Positions 32,561 to 48,900 of a stretch of DNA of 64,000 nt are shown one piece after another (position 1 is the first letter of the stretch; the number at the start of each line of letters is the position of its first letter). The translations under genes and the position numbers were made by a program. Source of the stretch: Bugula neritina (Eukaryota; Animalia; Bryozoa); assembly GCA_964035545.1 (NCBI GenBank), contig CAXIUT010000183.1, forward strand, positions 744,001 to 808,000, written 5' to 3'. The notes beneath the pieces are model-generated. The model ran no database searches. It was given only the letters and a program-made list of their open reading frames with translations, and was not told the origin of the DNA.

Positions 32561-33959
32561 AATATACTGTAACACACTGAAGTACACTGCAACTCACTGA
32601 AATATACTGCAATATACAGAAATACACTGCAACATCCTACAAAATGCTGAAATACACTGTAACATATTGAAATACACTGCAACACATTGAAATATACTGC
32701 AACATACCGAAATATATAGTAAACTACTGAAATATACTGTAACACATTGAAAAATACTGCAACATACTGAAATATACTGCAACATACCTAAATATACGGT
32801 AATTTACTGAAATATACTGTAACGCACCGAAATATACTGCAACATACTGAAATACACTGTAACATACTGAAATATACTGCAACATACTGAAATACACTGC
32901 TACATACTGCAACATACTGCAACATACTGCAACATACTGAAATACACTGTAACATACTGAAATAAACTGCAACATACTACAACATATTGAAATACACTGC
33001 AACACATTGAAATATACTGCTACATACCTAAATATACGGTAATATACTGAAATATACTGTAACACATTGAAAAAACTGCAACAGACTGAAATACTCTGCA
33101 ACGCACTGAAATACACCGCAAAATACTACAACATGCTGAAATACACTGTAACATATTGAAATCCACTGCAACACATTGAAATATACTGCAACATACCGAA
33201 ATATATGGTAAACTAATGAAATATACTGTAACACATTGAAAAATACCGCAACATACTGAAATATACTGCGACACATTGCAATATACTGTAACATATTGAA
33301 ATATGCTGTAGCACACTGAAATACACTGCAACATCCAACAACATACTGAAATACACTGTAACATATTGAAATACACTGCAAGAAATTGAAATAGACTGCA
33401 ACATAACAAAATATATGGTAAACTACTGAAATAGACTTTAACACATTGAAAAATACTGCAACATACAGAAATATACTGTAACACACTGAAATATACTGCA
33501 ACATACTGAAATACACTGTAACATTCTGAAATATACTGCAACATACTGAAATACACTGCTACATACTGAAATATACTGCAACATACTGCAAAATACTGCA
33601 ACATACCGAAATACACTGTAACATATTGAATTACACTGCAACACATTGAAATATACTGCAAGATACCAAAATATATGGTAAAAAACTGAAATATACTCTA
33701 ACACATTGAAAAATACTGCAACATACTGAAATATACTGCGACACTTTGCAATATACTGTAACATACCGAAATATGCTCTAGCACACTGAAATACACTGCA
33801 ACTCACTGAAATATACTGCAACATACTGAAATACACTGTGACATCCTGAAATATACTGCAACATTCTGAAATACACTGCTACATACTGAAATATACTGCA
33901 ATTCACTGCAACATACTGAAATACACTGCAACATACTACAACATACTGAAATACGCTGC

Positions 33960-36900
33960 AACACATTGAAATATACTGCAACATACCTAAATATACGGTA
34001 ATATACCGAAATATACTGTAACGCATTGCAAAATACTGCAACATACTGAAATACACTGCGACACACTGAAATACGCTGCAAAATACTACAACATACTGAA
34101 ATAAACTGTAACATATTGAAATACACTGCAATACATTGAAAAATAATGCAATATACTGAAATATACTGTAACACACTGAAATATACTGCAACATACTGAA
34201 ATACACTGTAACATACTGAAATATACTGCAACGTACTGAAATACACTGCTACATACTGAAATATACTGTAACATACTGCAACATACTCAAATACACTGTA
34301 ACATACTGAGATACACTGCCGCATACTGCAACATATTGAACTACACTGCAACACATTGAAATATATTGCAACTTATCGAATATATGGAAAACTACTGAAA
34401 TATACTGTAACGCATTGAAAGAGACTGCAACATACTGAAATATATTGCGACACATTGCAATATACTGTAATATACTGAAAAATGCTGTAGCACACTGAAA
34501 TACACCGCAACATCCTACAACATACTAAAATACACTGTAACATTTCGAAATACACTGCAACACATTGAATTATACTGCAACATAACGAAATATATGGTAA
34601 ACTACTGAAATATATTTTAACAAATTGAAAAATACTGCAACATACTGAAATATACTGTAACACACTGAAGTATACTGCAACATACTGAAATACACTGTAA
34701 CATACTGAAATATACTGCAACATACTGAAATACACTGCTACATACTGAAATATACTGCAACGTACTGCAACATACTGCAACATACTGAAATACACTGTAA
34801 CATACTGAATTACACTGCAACATACTACCACATATTGAAATACACTGCAACACATTGAAATGTACTGCAACATACCGAAATATATGGTAAACTACTAAAA
34901 TATACTGTAACAGATTGAAAAATACTGCAACATACTGAAATATACTGCGACACCTAGCAATATACTGTAACATACTGAAATATGCTCTAGCACACTGAAA
35001 TACAATGCAACTTACTGAAATATACTGCAACATGCTGAAATACACTGCAACATCCTACAATATGCTGAAATACACAGTAACATATTGAAATACACTGCAA
35101 CACTTTGAAATATACTGCAACATACCGAAATATATGGTAAACGACTGCAACATACTACAACATACTGAAATACACTGCAACACATAGAAATATACTGCGA
35201 CATACCTAGATATACGGTAATATACTGAAATATACTGTAACACATTGAAAAATACCGCAACATACTGAAATATACTGCGACACATTGCAATATACTGTAA
35301 CATATTGAAATATGCTGTAGCACACTGAAATACACTGCAACATCCTACAACATACTGAAATACACTGTAACATATTGAAATACACTGCAAGAAATTGAAA
35401 TAGACTGCAACATAACAAAATATATGGTAAACTACTGAAATAGACTTTAACACATTGAAAAATACTGCAACATACATAAATATACTGTAACACACTGAAA
35501 TATACTGCAACATACTGAAATACACTGTAACATTCTGAAATATACTGCAACATACTGAAATACACTGCTACATACCGAAATATACTGCAACATACTGCAA
35601 AATACTGCAACATACTGAAATACACTGTAACATATTGAAGTACACTGCAACACCTTGAAATATACTGCAACATACCAAAATATATGGTAAACAACTGAAA
35701 TATACTTTAACACATTGAAAAATACTGCAACATACTGAAATATACTGCGACACTTTGCAATATACTGTAACATACCGAAATATGCTCTAGCACACTGAAA
35801 TACACTGCAACTCACTGAAATATACTGCAACATACTGAAATACACTGTGACATCCTGAAATATACTGCAACATTCTGAAATACACTGCTACATACTGAAA
35901 TATACTGCAACATACTGCAACATACTGAAATACACTGCAACATACTACAACATACTGAAATACGCTGCAACACATTGAAATATACTGCAACATACCTAAA
36001 TATACGGTAATATACTGAAATATACTGTAACGCATTGCAAAATACTGCAACATACTGAAATACACTGCGACACACTGAAATACGCTGCAAAATACTACAA
36101 CATACTGAAATAAACTGTTACATATTGAAATACACTGCAATACATTGAAAAATAATGCAATATACTGAAATATACTGTAACACACTGAAATATACTGCAA
36201 CATACTGAAATACACTGTAACATACTGAAATATACTGCAACGTACTGAAATACACTGCTACATACTGAAATATACTGTAGCATACTGCAACATACTGAAA
36301 TACACTGTAACATACTGAGATACACTGCCGCATACTGCAACATATTGAAATACACTGCAACACATTGAAATATACTGCAACATAACAAAATATATGGTAA
36401 ACTACTGAAATAGACTTTAACACATTGAAAAATACTGCAACATACTGTAATATACTGTAACACACTGAAGTATACTGCAACATACTGAAATACACTGTAA
36501 CATACTGAAATATACTGCAACATACTGAAATACACTGCTACATACTGAAATATACTGCAACGTACTGCAACATACTCCAACATACTGAAATACACTGTAA
36601 CATACTGAAATTCACTGCAACATACTACCACATATTGAAATACACTGCAACACATTGAAATGTACTTCAACATACCGAAATATAAGGTAAACTACTAAAA
36701 TATGCTGTAACATATTGAAAAATACTGCAACATACTGAAATATACTGCGACACCTAGCAATATACTGTAACATACTGAAATATGCTCTAGCACACTGAAA
36801 TACAATGCAACTTACTGAATAATACTGCAACATACTGAAATACACTGCAACATCCTACAATATGCTGAAATACACTGTAACATATTGAAATACACTGCAA

Positions 36901-39900
36901 CACTTTGAAATATACTGCAACATACCGAAATGTATGGTAAACTACTGCAACATACTACAACATATTGAAATACACTGCAACACATTGAAGTATACTGCAA
37001 CATACCTAAATATACGGTAATATACTGAAATATACTGTAACACATTGAAAAATCCTGCAACATACTGAAATATACTGTAACACACTGAAGTATACTGCAA
37101 CATACTGAAATACACTGCAACGCACTGAAATACACCGCAAAATACTACAACATGCTGAAATACACTGAAACATATTGAAATCCACTGCAACACATTGAAA
37201 TATACTGCAACATAACAAAATATATGGTAAACTACTGAAATAGACTTTAACACATTGAAAAATACTGCAACATACAGAAATATACTGTAACACACTGAAA
37301 TATACTGCAACATACTGAAATACACTGTAACATTCTGAAAAATACTGCAACATACTGAAATACACTGCTACATACTGAAATATACTGCAACATACTGCAA
37401 AATACTGCAACATACTGAAATACACTGTAACATATTGAAGTACACTGCAACACATTGAAATATACTGCAACATACCAAAATATATGGTAAACAACTGAAA
37501 TATACTTCAACACATTGAAAAATACTGCAACATACTGAAATATACTGCGACACTTTGCAATATACTGTAACATACCGAAATATGCTCTAGCACACTGAAA
37601 TACACTGCAACTCACTGAAATATACTGCAACATACTGAAATACACTGTGACATCCTGAAATATACTGCAAAATTCTGAAATACACTGCTACATACTGAAA
37701 TATACTGCAACATACTGCAACATACTGAAATACACTGCAACATACTACAACATACTGAAATACGCTGCAACACATTGAAATATACTGCAACATACCTAAA
37801 TATACGGTAATATACCGAAATATACTGTAACACATTGCAAAATACTGCAACATACTGAAATACACTGCGACACACTGAAATACGCTGCAAAATACAACAA
37901 CATACTGAAATAAACTGTAACATATTGAAACACACTGCAATACATTGAAAAATAATGCAATATACTGAAATATACTGTAACACACTGAAATATACTGCAA
38001 CATCCTACAATATGCTGAAATACACTGTAACATATTGAAATACACTGCAACACTTTGAAATATACTGCAACATACCGAAATAAATGGTAAACTACTGCAA
38101 CATACTACAACATATTGAAATACACTGCAACACATTGAAGTATACTGCAACATACCTAAATATACGGTAATATACTGAAATATACTGTAACACATTGAAA
38201 AATCCTGCAACATACTGAAATATACTGTAACATATTGAAATACACTGCAACACACTGAAATATACTGCAACATACTGAAATACACTGTAACATACTGAAA
38301 TATACTGCAACATACTGAAATACACTGCTACATACTGCAACATACTGCAACATACTGCAACATACTGAAATACACTGTAAGATACTGAAATAAACTGCAA
38401 CATACTACAACATATTGAAATACACTGCAACACATTGAAATATACTGCTACATACCTAAATATACGGTAATATACTGAAATATACTGTAACACATTGAAA
38501 AATCCTGCAACATACTGAAATATACTGTAACACACCGAAATATACTGCAACATACTGAAATACACTGTAACATACTGAAATATACTGCAACATACTGAAA
38601 TACACTGCTACATACTGAAATATGCTGCAACATACTGCAACATACTGCAATACACTGTAACATACTGAAATACACTGCAACATAGTACAACATATTGAAA
38701 TACGCTGCAACACATTGAAATATACTGCAACATACCAAAATATATGGTAAACAACTGAAATATACTTTAACACATTGAAAAATACTGCAACATACTGAAA
38801 TATACTGCGACACTTTGCAATATACTGTAACATACCGAAATATGCTCTAGCACACTGAAATACACTGCAACTCACTGAAATATACTGCAACATACTGAAA
38901 TACACTGTGACATCCTGAAATATACTGCAACATTCTGAAATACACTGCTACATACTGAAATATACTGCAACATACTGCAACATACTGAAATACACTGCAA
39001 CATACTACAACATACTGAAATACGCTGCAACACATTGAAATATACTGCAACATACCTAAATATACGGTAATATACTGAAATATACTGTAACGCATTGCAA
39101 AATACTGCAACATACTGAAATACACTGCGACACACTGAAATACGCTGCAAAATACTACAACATACTGAAATAAACTGTTACATATTGAAATACACTGCAA
39201 TACATTGAAAAATAATGCAATATACTGAAATATACTGTAACACACTGAAATATACTGCAACATACTGAAATACACTGTAACATACTGAAATATACTGCAA
39301 CGTACTGAAATACACTGCTACATACTGAAATATACTGTAGCATACTGCAACATACTGAAATACACTGTAACATACTGAGATACACTGCCGCATACTGCAA
39401 CATATTGAAATACACTGCAACACATTGAAATATACTGCAACATAACAAAATATATGGTAAACTACTGAAATAGACTTTAACACATTGAAAAATACTGCAA
39501 CATACTGTAATATACTGTAACACACTGAAGTATACTGCAACATACTGAAATACACTGTAACATACTGAAATATACTGCAACATACTGAAATACACTGCTA
39601 CATACTGAAATATACTGCAACGTACTGCAACATACTCCAACATACTGAAATACACTGTAACATACTGAAATTCACTGCAACATACTACCACATATTGAAA
39701 TACACTGCAACACATTGAAATGTACTTCAACATACCGAAATATAAGGTAAACTACTAAAATATGCTGTAACATATTGAAAAATACTGCAACATACTGAAA
39801 TATACTGCGACACCTAGCAATATACTGTAACATACTGAAATATGCTTTAGCACACTGAAATACAATGCAACTTACTGAATAATACTGCAACATACTGAAA

Positions 39901-42900
39901 TACACTGCAACATCCTACAATATGCTGAAATACACTGTAACATATTGAAATACACTGCAACACTTTGAAATATACTGCAACATACCGAAATGTATGGTAA
40001 ACTACTGCAACATACTACAACATATTGAAATACACTGCAACACATTGAAGTATACTGCAACATACCTAAATATACGGTAATATACTGAAATATACTGTAA
40101 CACATTGAAAAATCCTGCAACATACTGAAATATACTGTAACACACTGAAGTATACTGCAACATACTGAAATACACTGCAACGCACTGAAATACACCGCAA
40201 AATACTACAACATGCTGAAATACACTGTAACATATTGAAATCCACTGCAACACATTGAAATATACTGCAACATACCGAAATATATGGTAAACTAATGAAA
40301 TATACTGTAACACATTGAAAAATACCGCAACATACTGAAATATACTGCGACACATTGCAATATACTGTAACATATTGAAATATGCTGTAGCACACTGAAA
40401 TACACTGCAACATCCTACAACATACTGAAATACACTGTAACATATTGAAATACACTGCAAGAAATTGAAATAGACTGCAACATAACAAAATATATGGTAA
40501 ACTACTGAAATAGACTTTAACACATTGAAAAATACTGCAACATACAGAAATATACTGTAACACACTGAAATATACTGCAACATACTGAAATACACTGTAA
40601 CATTCTGAAAAATACTGCAACATACTGAAATACACTGCTACATACTGAAATATACTGCAACATACTGCAAAATACTGCAACATACTGAAATACACTGTAA
40701 CATATTGAAGTACACTGCAACACATTGAAATATACTGCAACATACCAAAATATATGGTAAACAACTGAAATATACTTCAACACATTGAAAAATACTGCAA
40801 CATACTGAAATATACTGCGACACTTTGCAATATACTGTAACATACCGAAATATGCTCTAGCACACTGAAATACACTGCAACTCACTGAAATATACTGCAA
40901 CATACTGAAATACACTGTGACATCCTGAAATATACTGCAAAATTCTGAAATACACTGCTACATACTGAAATATACTGCAACATACTGCAACATACTGAAA
41001 TACACTGCAACATACTACAACATACTGAAATACGCTGCAACACATTGAAATATACTGCAACATACCTAAATATACGGTAATATACCGAAATATACTGTAA
41101 CACATTGCAAAATACTGCAACATACTGAAATACACTGCGACACACTGAAATACGCTGCAAAATACAACAACATACTGAAATAAACTGTAACATATTGAAA
41201 CACACTGCAATACATTGAAAAATAATGCAATATACTGAAATATACTGTAACACACTGAAATACACTGCAACATCCTACAATATGCTGAAATACACTGTAA
41301 CATATTGAAATACACTGCAACACTTTGAAATATACTGCAACATACCGAAATAAATGGTAAACTACTGCAACATACTACAACATATTGAAATACACTGCAA
41401 CACATTGAAGTATACTGCAACATACCTAAATATACGGTAATATACTGAAATATACTGTAACACATTGAAAAATCCTGCAACATACTGAAATATACTGTAA
41501 CATATTGAAATACACTGCAACACACTGAAATATACTGCAACATACTGAAATACACTGTAACATACTGAAATATACTGCAACATACTGAAATACACTGCTA
41601 CATACTGCAACATACTGCAACATACTGCAACATACTGAAATACACTGTAAGATACTGAAATAAACTGCAACATACTACAACATATTGAAATACACTGCAA
41701 CACATTGAAATATACTGCTACATACCTAAATATACGGTAATATACTGAAATATACTGTAACACATTGAAAAATCCTGCAACATACTGAAATATACTGTAA
41801 CACACCGAAATATACTGCAACATACTGAAATACACTGTAACATACTGAAATATACTGCAACATACTGAAATACACTGCTACATACTGAAATATGCTGCAA
41901 CATACTGCAACATACTGAAATACACTGTAACTTACTGAAATAAACTGCAACACACTACAACATATTGAAATACACTGCAACACATTGAAATATACTGCAA
42001 CATACCTAAATATACGGTAATATACTGAAATTCACTGTAACGCATTGCAAAATACTGCAACATACTGAAATTCACTGCGACACACTGAAATACGCTGCAA
42101 AATACTACAACATACTGAAATAAACTGTAACATATTGAAATACACTGCAACACATTGAAAAATACTGCAACATACTGAAATATACTGTAACACACTGAAA
42201 TATACTGCAACATACTGAAATACACTGTAACATACTGAAATATACTGCAACATACTGAAATACACTGCTACATACTGAAATATACTGCAACATACTGCAA
42301 CATACTGCAATACACTGTAACATACTGAAATACACTGCAACATACTACAACATATTGAAACACACTGCAACACATTGAAATACACTGCAACTTACCGAAT
42401 ATATGGTAAACTACTGAAATATACTGTAACGCGTTGAAAAATACTGCAACATACTGAAATATATTGCGACACATTGCAATATACTGTAACATACTGAAAA
42501 ATGCTGTAGCACACTGAAATATACTGCAATTCACTGAAATATACTGCAACATACTGAAATACACCGCAACATCCTACAACATACTGAAATACTTTGTAAC
42601 ATATTGAAATACACTGCAACACATTGAAATATACTGCAACATAACGAAATATATGGTAAACTACTGAAATATATTTTAACACATTGAAAAATACTGCAAC
42701 ATACTGAAATATATTTTAACACATTGAAAAATACTGCAACATACTGAAATATACTGTAACACACTGAAGTACACTGCAACTGACTGAAATATACTGCAAT
42801 ATACAGAAATACACTGCAACATCCTACAAAATGCTGAAATACACTGTAACATATTGAAATACACTGCAACACATTGAAACATACTGCAACATACCGAAAT

Positions 42901-45900
42901 ATATAGTAAACTACTGAAATAAACTGTAACACATTGAAAAATACTGCAACATACTGAAATATACTGCAACATACCTAAGTATACGGTAATATACTGAAAT
43001 ATACTATAACACACCGAAATATACTGCAACATACTGAAATACACTGTAACATACTGAAATATACTGCAACATACTTAAATACACTGCTACATACTGCAAC
43101 ATACTGCAACATAGTGCAACATACTGAAATACACTGTAACATACTGAAATAAACTGCAACATACTACAACATATTGAAATACACTGCAACACATTGAAAT
43201 ATACTGCTACATACCTAAATATACGGTAATATACTGAAGTATACTGTAACACATTGAAAAAACTGCAACATACTGAAATACACTGCAACGCACTGAAATA
43301 CACCGCAAAATACTACAACATGCTGAAATACACTGTAACATATTGAAATCCACTGCAACACATTGAAATATACTGCAACATACCGAAATATATGGTAAAC
43401 TAATGAAATATACTGTAACACATTGAAAAATACCGCAACATACTGAAATACACTGCAACACATTGAAATATACTGCTACATACCTAAATATACGGTAATA
43501 TACTGAAATATACTGTAACGCATTGCAAAATACTGCAACATACTGAAATACACTGCGACACACTGAAATACGCTGCAAAATACTACAACATACTGAAATA
43601 AACTGTAACATATTGAAATACACTGCAATACATTGAAAAATAATGCAATATACTGAAATATACTGTAACACACTGAAATATACTGCAACATACTGAAATA
43701 CACTGTAACATACTGAAATATACTGCAACGTACTGAAATACACTGCTACATACTGAAATATACTGTAACATACTGCAACATACTGAAATACACTGTAACA
43801 TACTGAGATACACTGCCGCATACTGCAACATATTGAACTACACTGCAACACATTGAAATATATTGCAACTTATCGAATATATGGAAAACTACTGAAATAT
43901 ACTGTAACGCATTGAAAGAGACTGCAACATACTGAAATATATTGCGACACATTGCAATATACTGTAATATACTGAAAAATGCTGTAGCACACTGAAATAC
44001 ACCGCAACATCCTACAACATACTAAAATACACTGTAACATTTCGAAATACACTGCAACACATTGAATTATACTGCAACATAACGAAATATATGGTAAACT
44101 ACTGAAATATATTTTAACAAATTGAAAAATACTGCAACATACTGAAATATACTGTAATACACTGAAGTATACTGCAACATACTGAAATACACTGTAACAT
44201 ACTGAAATATACTGCAACATACTGAAATACACTGCTACATACTGAAATATACTGCAACGTACTGCAACATACTGCAACATACTGAAATACACTGTAACAT
44301 ACCGAATTACACTGCAACATACTACCACATATTGAAATACACTGCAACACATTGAAATGTACTGCAACATACCGAAATATATGGTAAACTACTAAAATAT
44401 ACTGTAACAGATTGAAAAATACTGCAACATACTGAAATATACTGCGACACCTAGCAATATACTGTAACATACTGAAATATGCTCTAGCACACTGAAATAC
44501 AATGCAACTTACTGAAATATACTGCAACATGCTGAAATACACTGCAACATCCTACAATATGCTGAAATACACAGTAACATATTGAAATACACTGCAACAC
44601 TTTGAAATATACTGCAACATACCGAAATATATGGTAAACTACTGCAACATACTACAACATACTGAAATACACTGCAACACATAGAAATATACTGCGACAT
44701 ACCTAGATATACGGTAATCTACTGAAATATACTGTAACACATTGAAAAATACCGCAACATACTGAAATATACTGCGACACATTGCAATATACTGTAACAT
44801 ATTGAAATATGCTGTAGCACACTGAAATACACTGCAACATCCTACAACATACTGAAATACACTGTAACATATTGAAATACACTGCAAGAAATTGAAATAG
44901 ACTGCAACATAACAAAATATATGGTAAACTACTGAAATAGACTTTAACACATTGAAAAATACTGCAACATACATAAATATACTGTAACACACTGAAATAT
45001 ACTGCAACATACTGAAATACACTGTAACATATTGAAGTACACTGCAACACATTGAAATATACTGCAACATACCAAAATATTTGGTAAACAACTGAAATAT
45101 ACTTTAACACATTGAAAAATACTGCAACATACTGAAATATACTGCGACACTTTGCAATATACTGTAACATACCGAAATATGCTCTAGCACACTGAAATAC
45201 ACTGCAACTCACTGAAATATACTGCAACATACTGAAATACACTGTGACATCCTGAAATATACTGCAACATTCTGAAATACACTGCTACATACTGAAATAT
45301 ACTGCAACATACTGCAACATACTGAAATACACTGCAACATACTACAACATACTGAAATACGCTGCAACACATTGAAATATACTGCAACATACCTAAATAT
45401 ACGGTAATATACTGAAATATACTGTAACGCATTGCAAAATACTGCAACATACTGAAATACACTGCGACACACTGAAATACGCTGCAAAATACTACAACAT
45501 ACTGAAATAAACTGTTACATATTGAAATACACTGCAATACATTGAAAAATAATGCAATATACTGAAATATACTGTAACACACTGAAATATACTGCAACAT
45601 ACTGAAATACACTGTAACATACTGAAATATACTGCAACGTACTGAAATACACTGCTACATACTGAAATATACTGTAGCATACTGCAACATACTGAAATAC
45701 ACTGTAACATACTGAGATACACTGCCGCATACTGCAACATATTGAAATACACTGCAACACATTGAAATATACTGCAACATAACAAAATATATGGTAAACT
45801 ACTGAAATAGACTTTAACACATTGAAAAATACTGCAACATACTGTAATATACTGTAACACACTGAAGTATACTGCAACATACTGAAATACACTGTAACAT

Positions 45901-48900
45901 ACTGAAATATACTGCAACATACTGAAATACACTGCTACATACTGAAATATACTGCAACGTACTGCAACATACTCCAACATACTGAAATACACTGTAACAT
46001 ACTGAAATTCACTGCAACATACTACCACATATTGAAATACACTGCAACACATTGAAATGTACTTCAACATACCGAAATATAAGGTAAACTACTAAAATAT
46101 GCTGTAACATATTGAAAAATACTGCAACATACTGAAATATACTGCGACACCTAGCAATATACTGTAACATACTGAAATATGCTCTAGCACACTGAAATAC
46201 AATGCAACTTACTGAATAATACTGCAACATACTGAAATACACTGCAACATCCTACAATATGCTGAAATACACTGTAACATATTGAAATACACTGCAACAC
46301 TTTGAAATATACTGCAACATACCGAAATATATGGTAAACTACTGCAACATACTACAACATATTGAAATACACTGCAACACATTGAAGTATACTGCAACAT
46401 ACCTAAATATACGGTAATATACTGAAATATACTGTAACACATTGAAAAATCCTGCAACATACTGAAATATACTGTAACACACTGAAGTATACTGCAACAT
46501 ACTGAAATACACTGCAACGCACTGAAATACACCGCAAAATACTACAACATGCTGAAATACACTGTAACATATTGGAATCCACTGCAACACATTGAAATAT
46601 ACTGCAACATACCGAAATATATGGTAAACTAATGAAATATACTGTAACACATTGAAAAATACCGCAACATACTGAAATATACTGCGACACATTGCAATAT
46701 ACTGTAACATATTGAAATATGCTGCAAGAAATTGAAATAGACTGCAACATAACAAAATATATGGTAAACTACTGAAATAGACTTTAACACATTGAAAAAT
46801 ACTGCAACATACAGAAATATACTGTAACACACTGAAATATACTGCAACATACTGAAATACACTGTAACATTCTGAAAAATACTGCAACATACTGAAATAC
46901 ACTGCTACATACTGAAATATACTGCAACATACTGCAAAATACTGCAACATACTGAAATACACTGTAACATATTGAAGTACACTGCAACACATTGAAATAT
47001 ACTGCAACATACCAAAATATATGGTAAACAACTGAAATATACTTCAACACATTGAAAAATACTGCAACATACTGAAATATACTGCGACACTTTGCAATAT
47101 ACTGTAACATACCGAAATATGCTCTAGCACACTGAAATACACTGCAACTCACTGAAATATACTGCAACATACTGAAATACACTGTGACATCCTGAAATAT
47201 ACTGCAAAATTCTGAAATACACTGCTACATACTGAAATATACTGCAACATACTGCAACATACTGAAATACACTGCAACATACTACAACATACTGAAATAC
47301 GCTGCAACACATTGAAATATACTGCAACATACCTAAATATACGGTAATATACCGAAATATACTGTAACACATTGCAAAATACTGCAACATACTGAAATAC
47401 ACTGCGACACACTGAAATACGCTGCAAAATACAACAACATACTGAAATAAACTGTAACATATTGAAACACACTGCAATACATTGAAAAATAATGCAATAT
47501 ACTGAAATATACTGTAACACACTGAAATATACTGCAACATCCTACAATATGCTGAAATACACTGTAACATATTGAAATACACTGCAACACTTTGAAATAT
47601 ACTGCAACATACCGAAATAAATGGTAAACTACTGCAACATACTACAACATATTGAAATACACTGCAACACATTGAAGTATACTGCAACATACCTAAATAT
47701 ACGGTAATATACTGAAATATACTGTAACACATTGAAAAATCCTGCAACATACTGAAATACACTGTAACATATTGAAATACACTGCAACACACTGAAATAT
47801 ACTGCAACATACTGAAATACACTGTAACATACTGAAATATACTGCAACATACTGAAATACACTGCTACATACTGCAACATACTGCAACATACTGCAACAT
47901 ACTGAAATACACTGCGACACACTGAAATACGCTGCAAAATACTACAACATACTGAAATAAACTGTAACATATTGAAATACACTGCAATACATTGAAAAAT
48001 AATGCAATATACTGAAATATACTGTAACACACTGAAATATACTGCAACATACTGAAATACACTGTAACATACTGAAATATACTGCAACGTACTGAAATAC
48101 ACTGCTACATACTGAAATATACTGTAACATACTGCAACATACTGAAATACACTGTAACATACTGAGACACACTGCCGCATACTGCAACATATTGAACTAC
48201 ACTGCAACACATTGAAATATATTGCAACTTATCGAATATATGGAAAACTACTGAAATATACTGTAACGCATTGAAAGAGACTGCAACATACTGAAATATA
48301 TTGCGACACATTGCAATATACTGTAATATACTGAAAAATGCTGTAGCACACTGAAGTACACCGCAACATCCTACAACATACTAAAATACACTGTAACATT
48401 TCGAAATACACTGCAACACATTGAAATATACTGCAACATACCAAAATATATGGTAAACAACTGAAATATACTTTAACACATTGAAAAATACTGCAACATA
48501 CTGAAATATACTGCGACACTTTGCAATATACTATAACATACCGAAATATGCTCTAGCACACTGAAATACACTGCAACTCACTGAAATATACTGCAACATA
48601 CTGAAATACACTGTGACATCCTGAAATATACTGCAACATTCTGAAATACACTGCTACATACTGAAATATACTGCAACATACTGCAACATACTGAAATACA
48701 CTGCAACATACTACAACATACTGAAATACGCTGCAACACATTGAAATATACTGCAACATACCTAAATATACGGTAATATACTGAAATATACTGTAACGCA
48801 TTGCAAAATACTGCAACATACTGAAATACACTGCGACACACTGAAATACGCTGCAAAATACTACAACATACTGAAATAAACTGTTATATATTGAAATACA

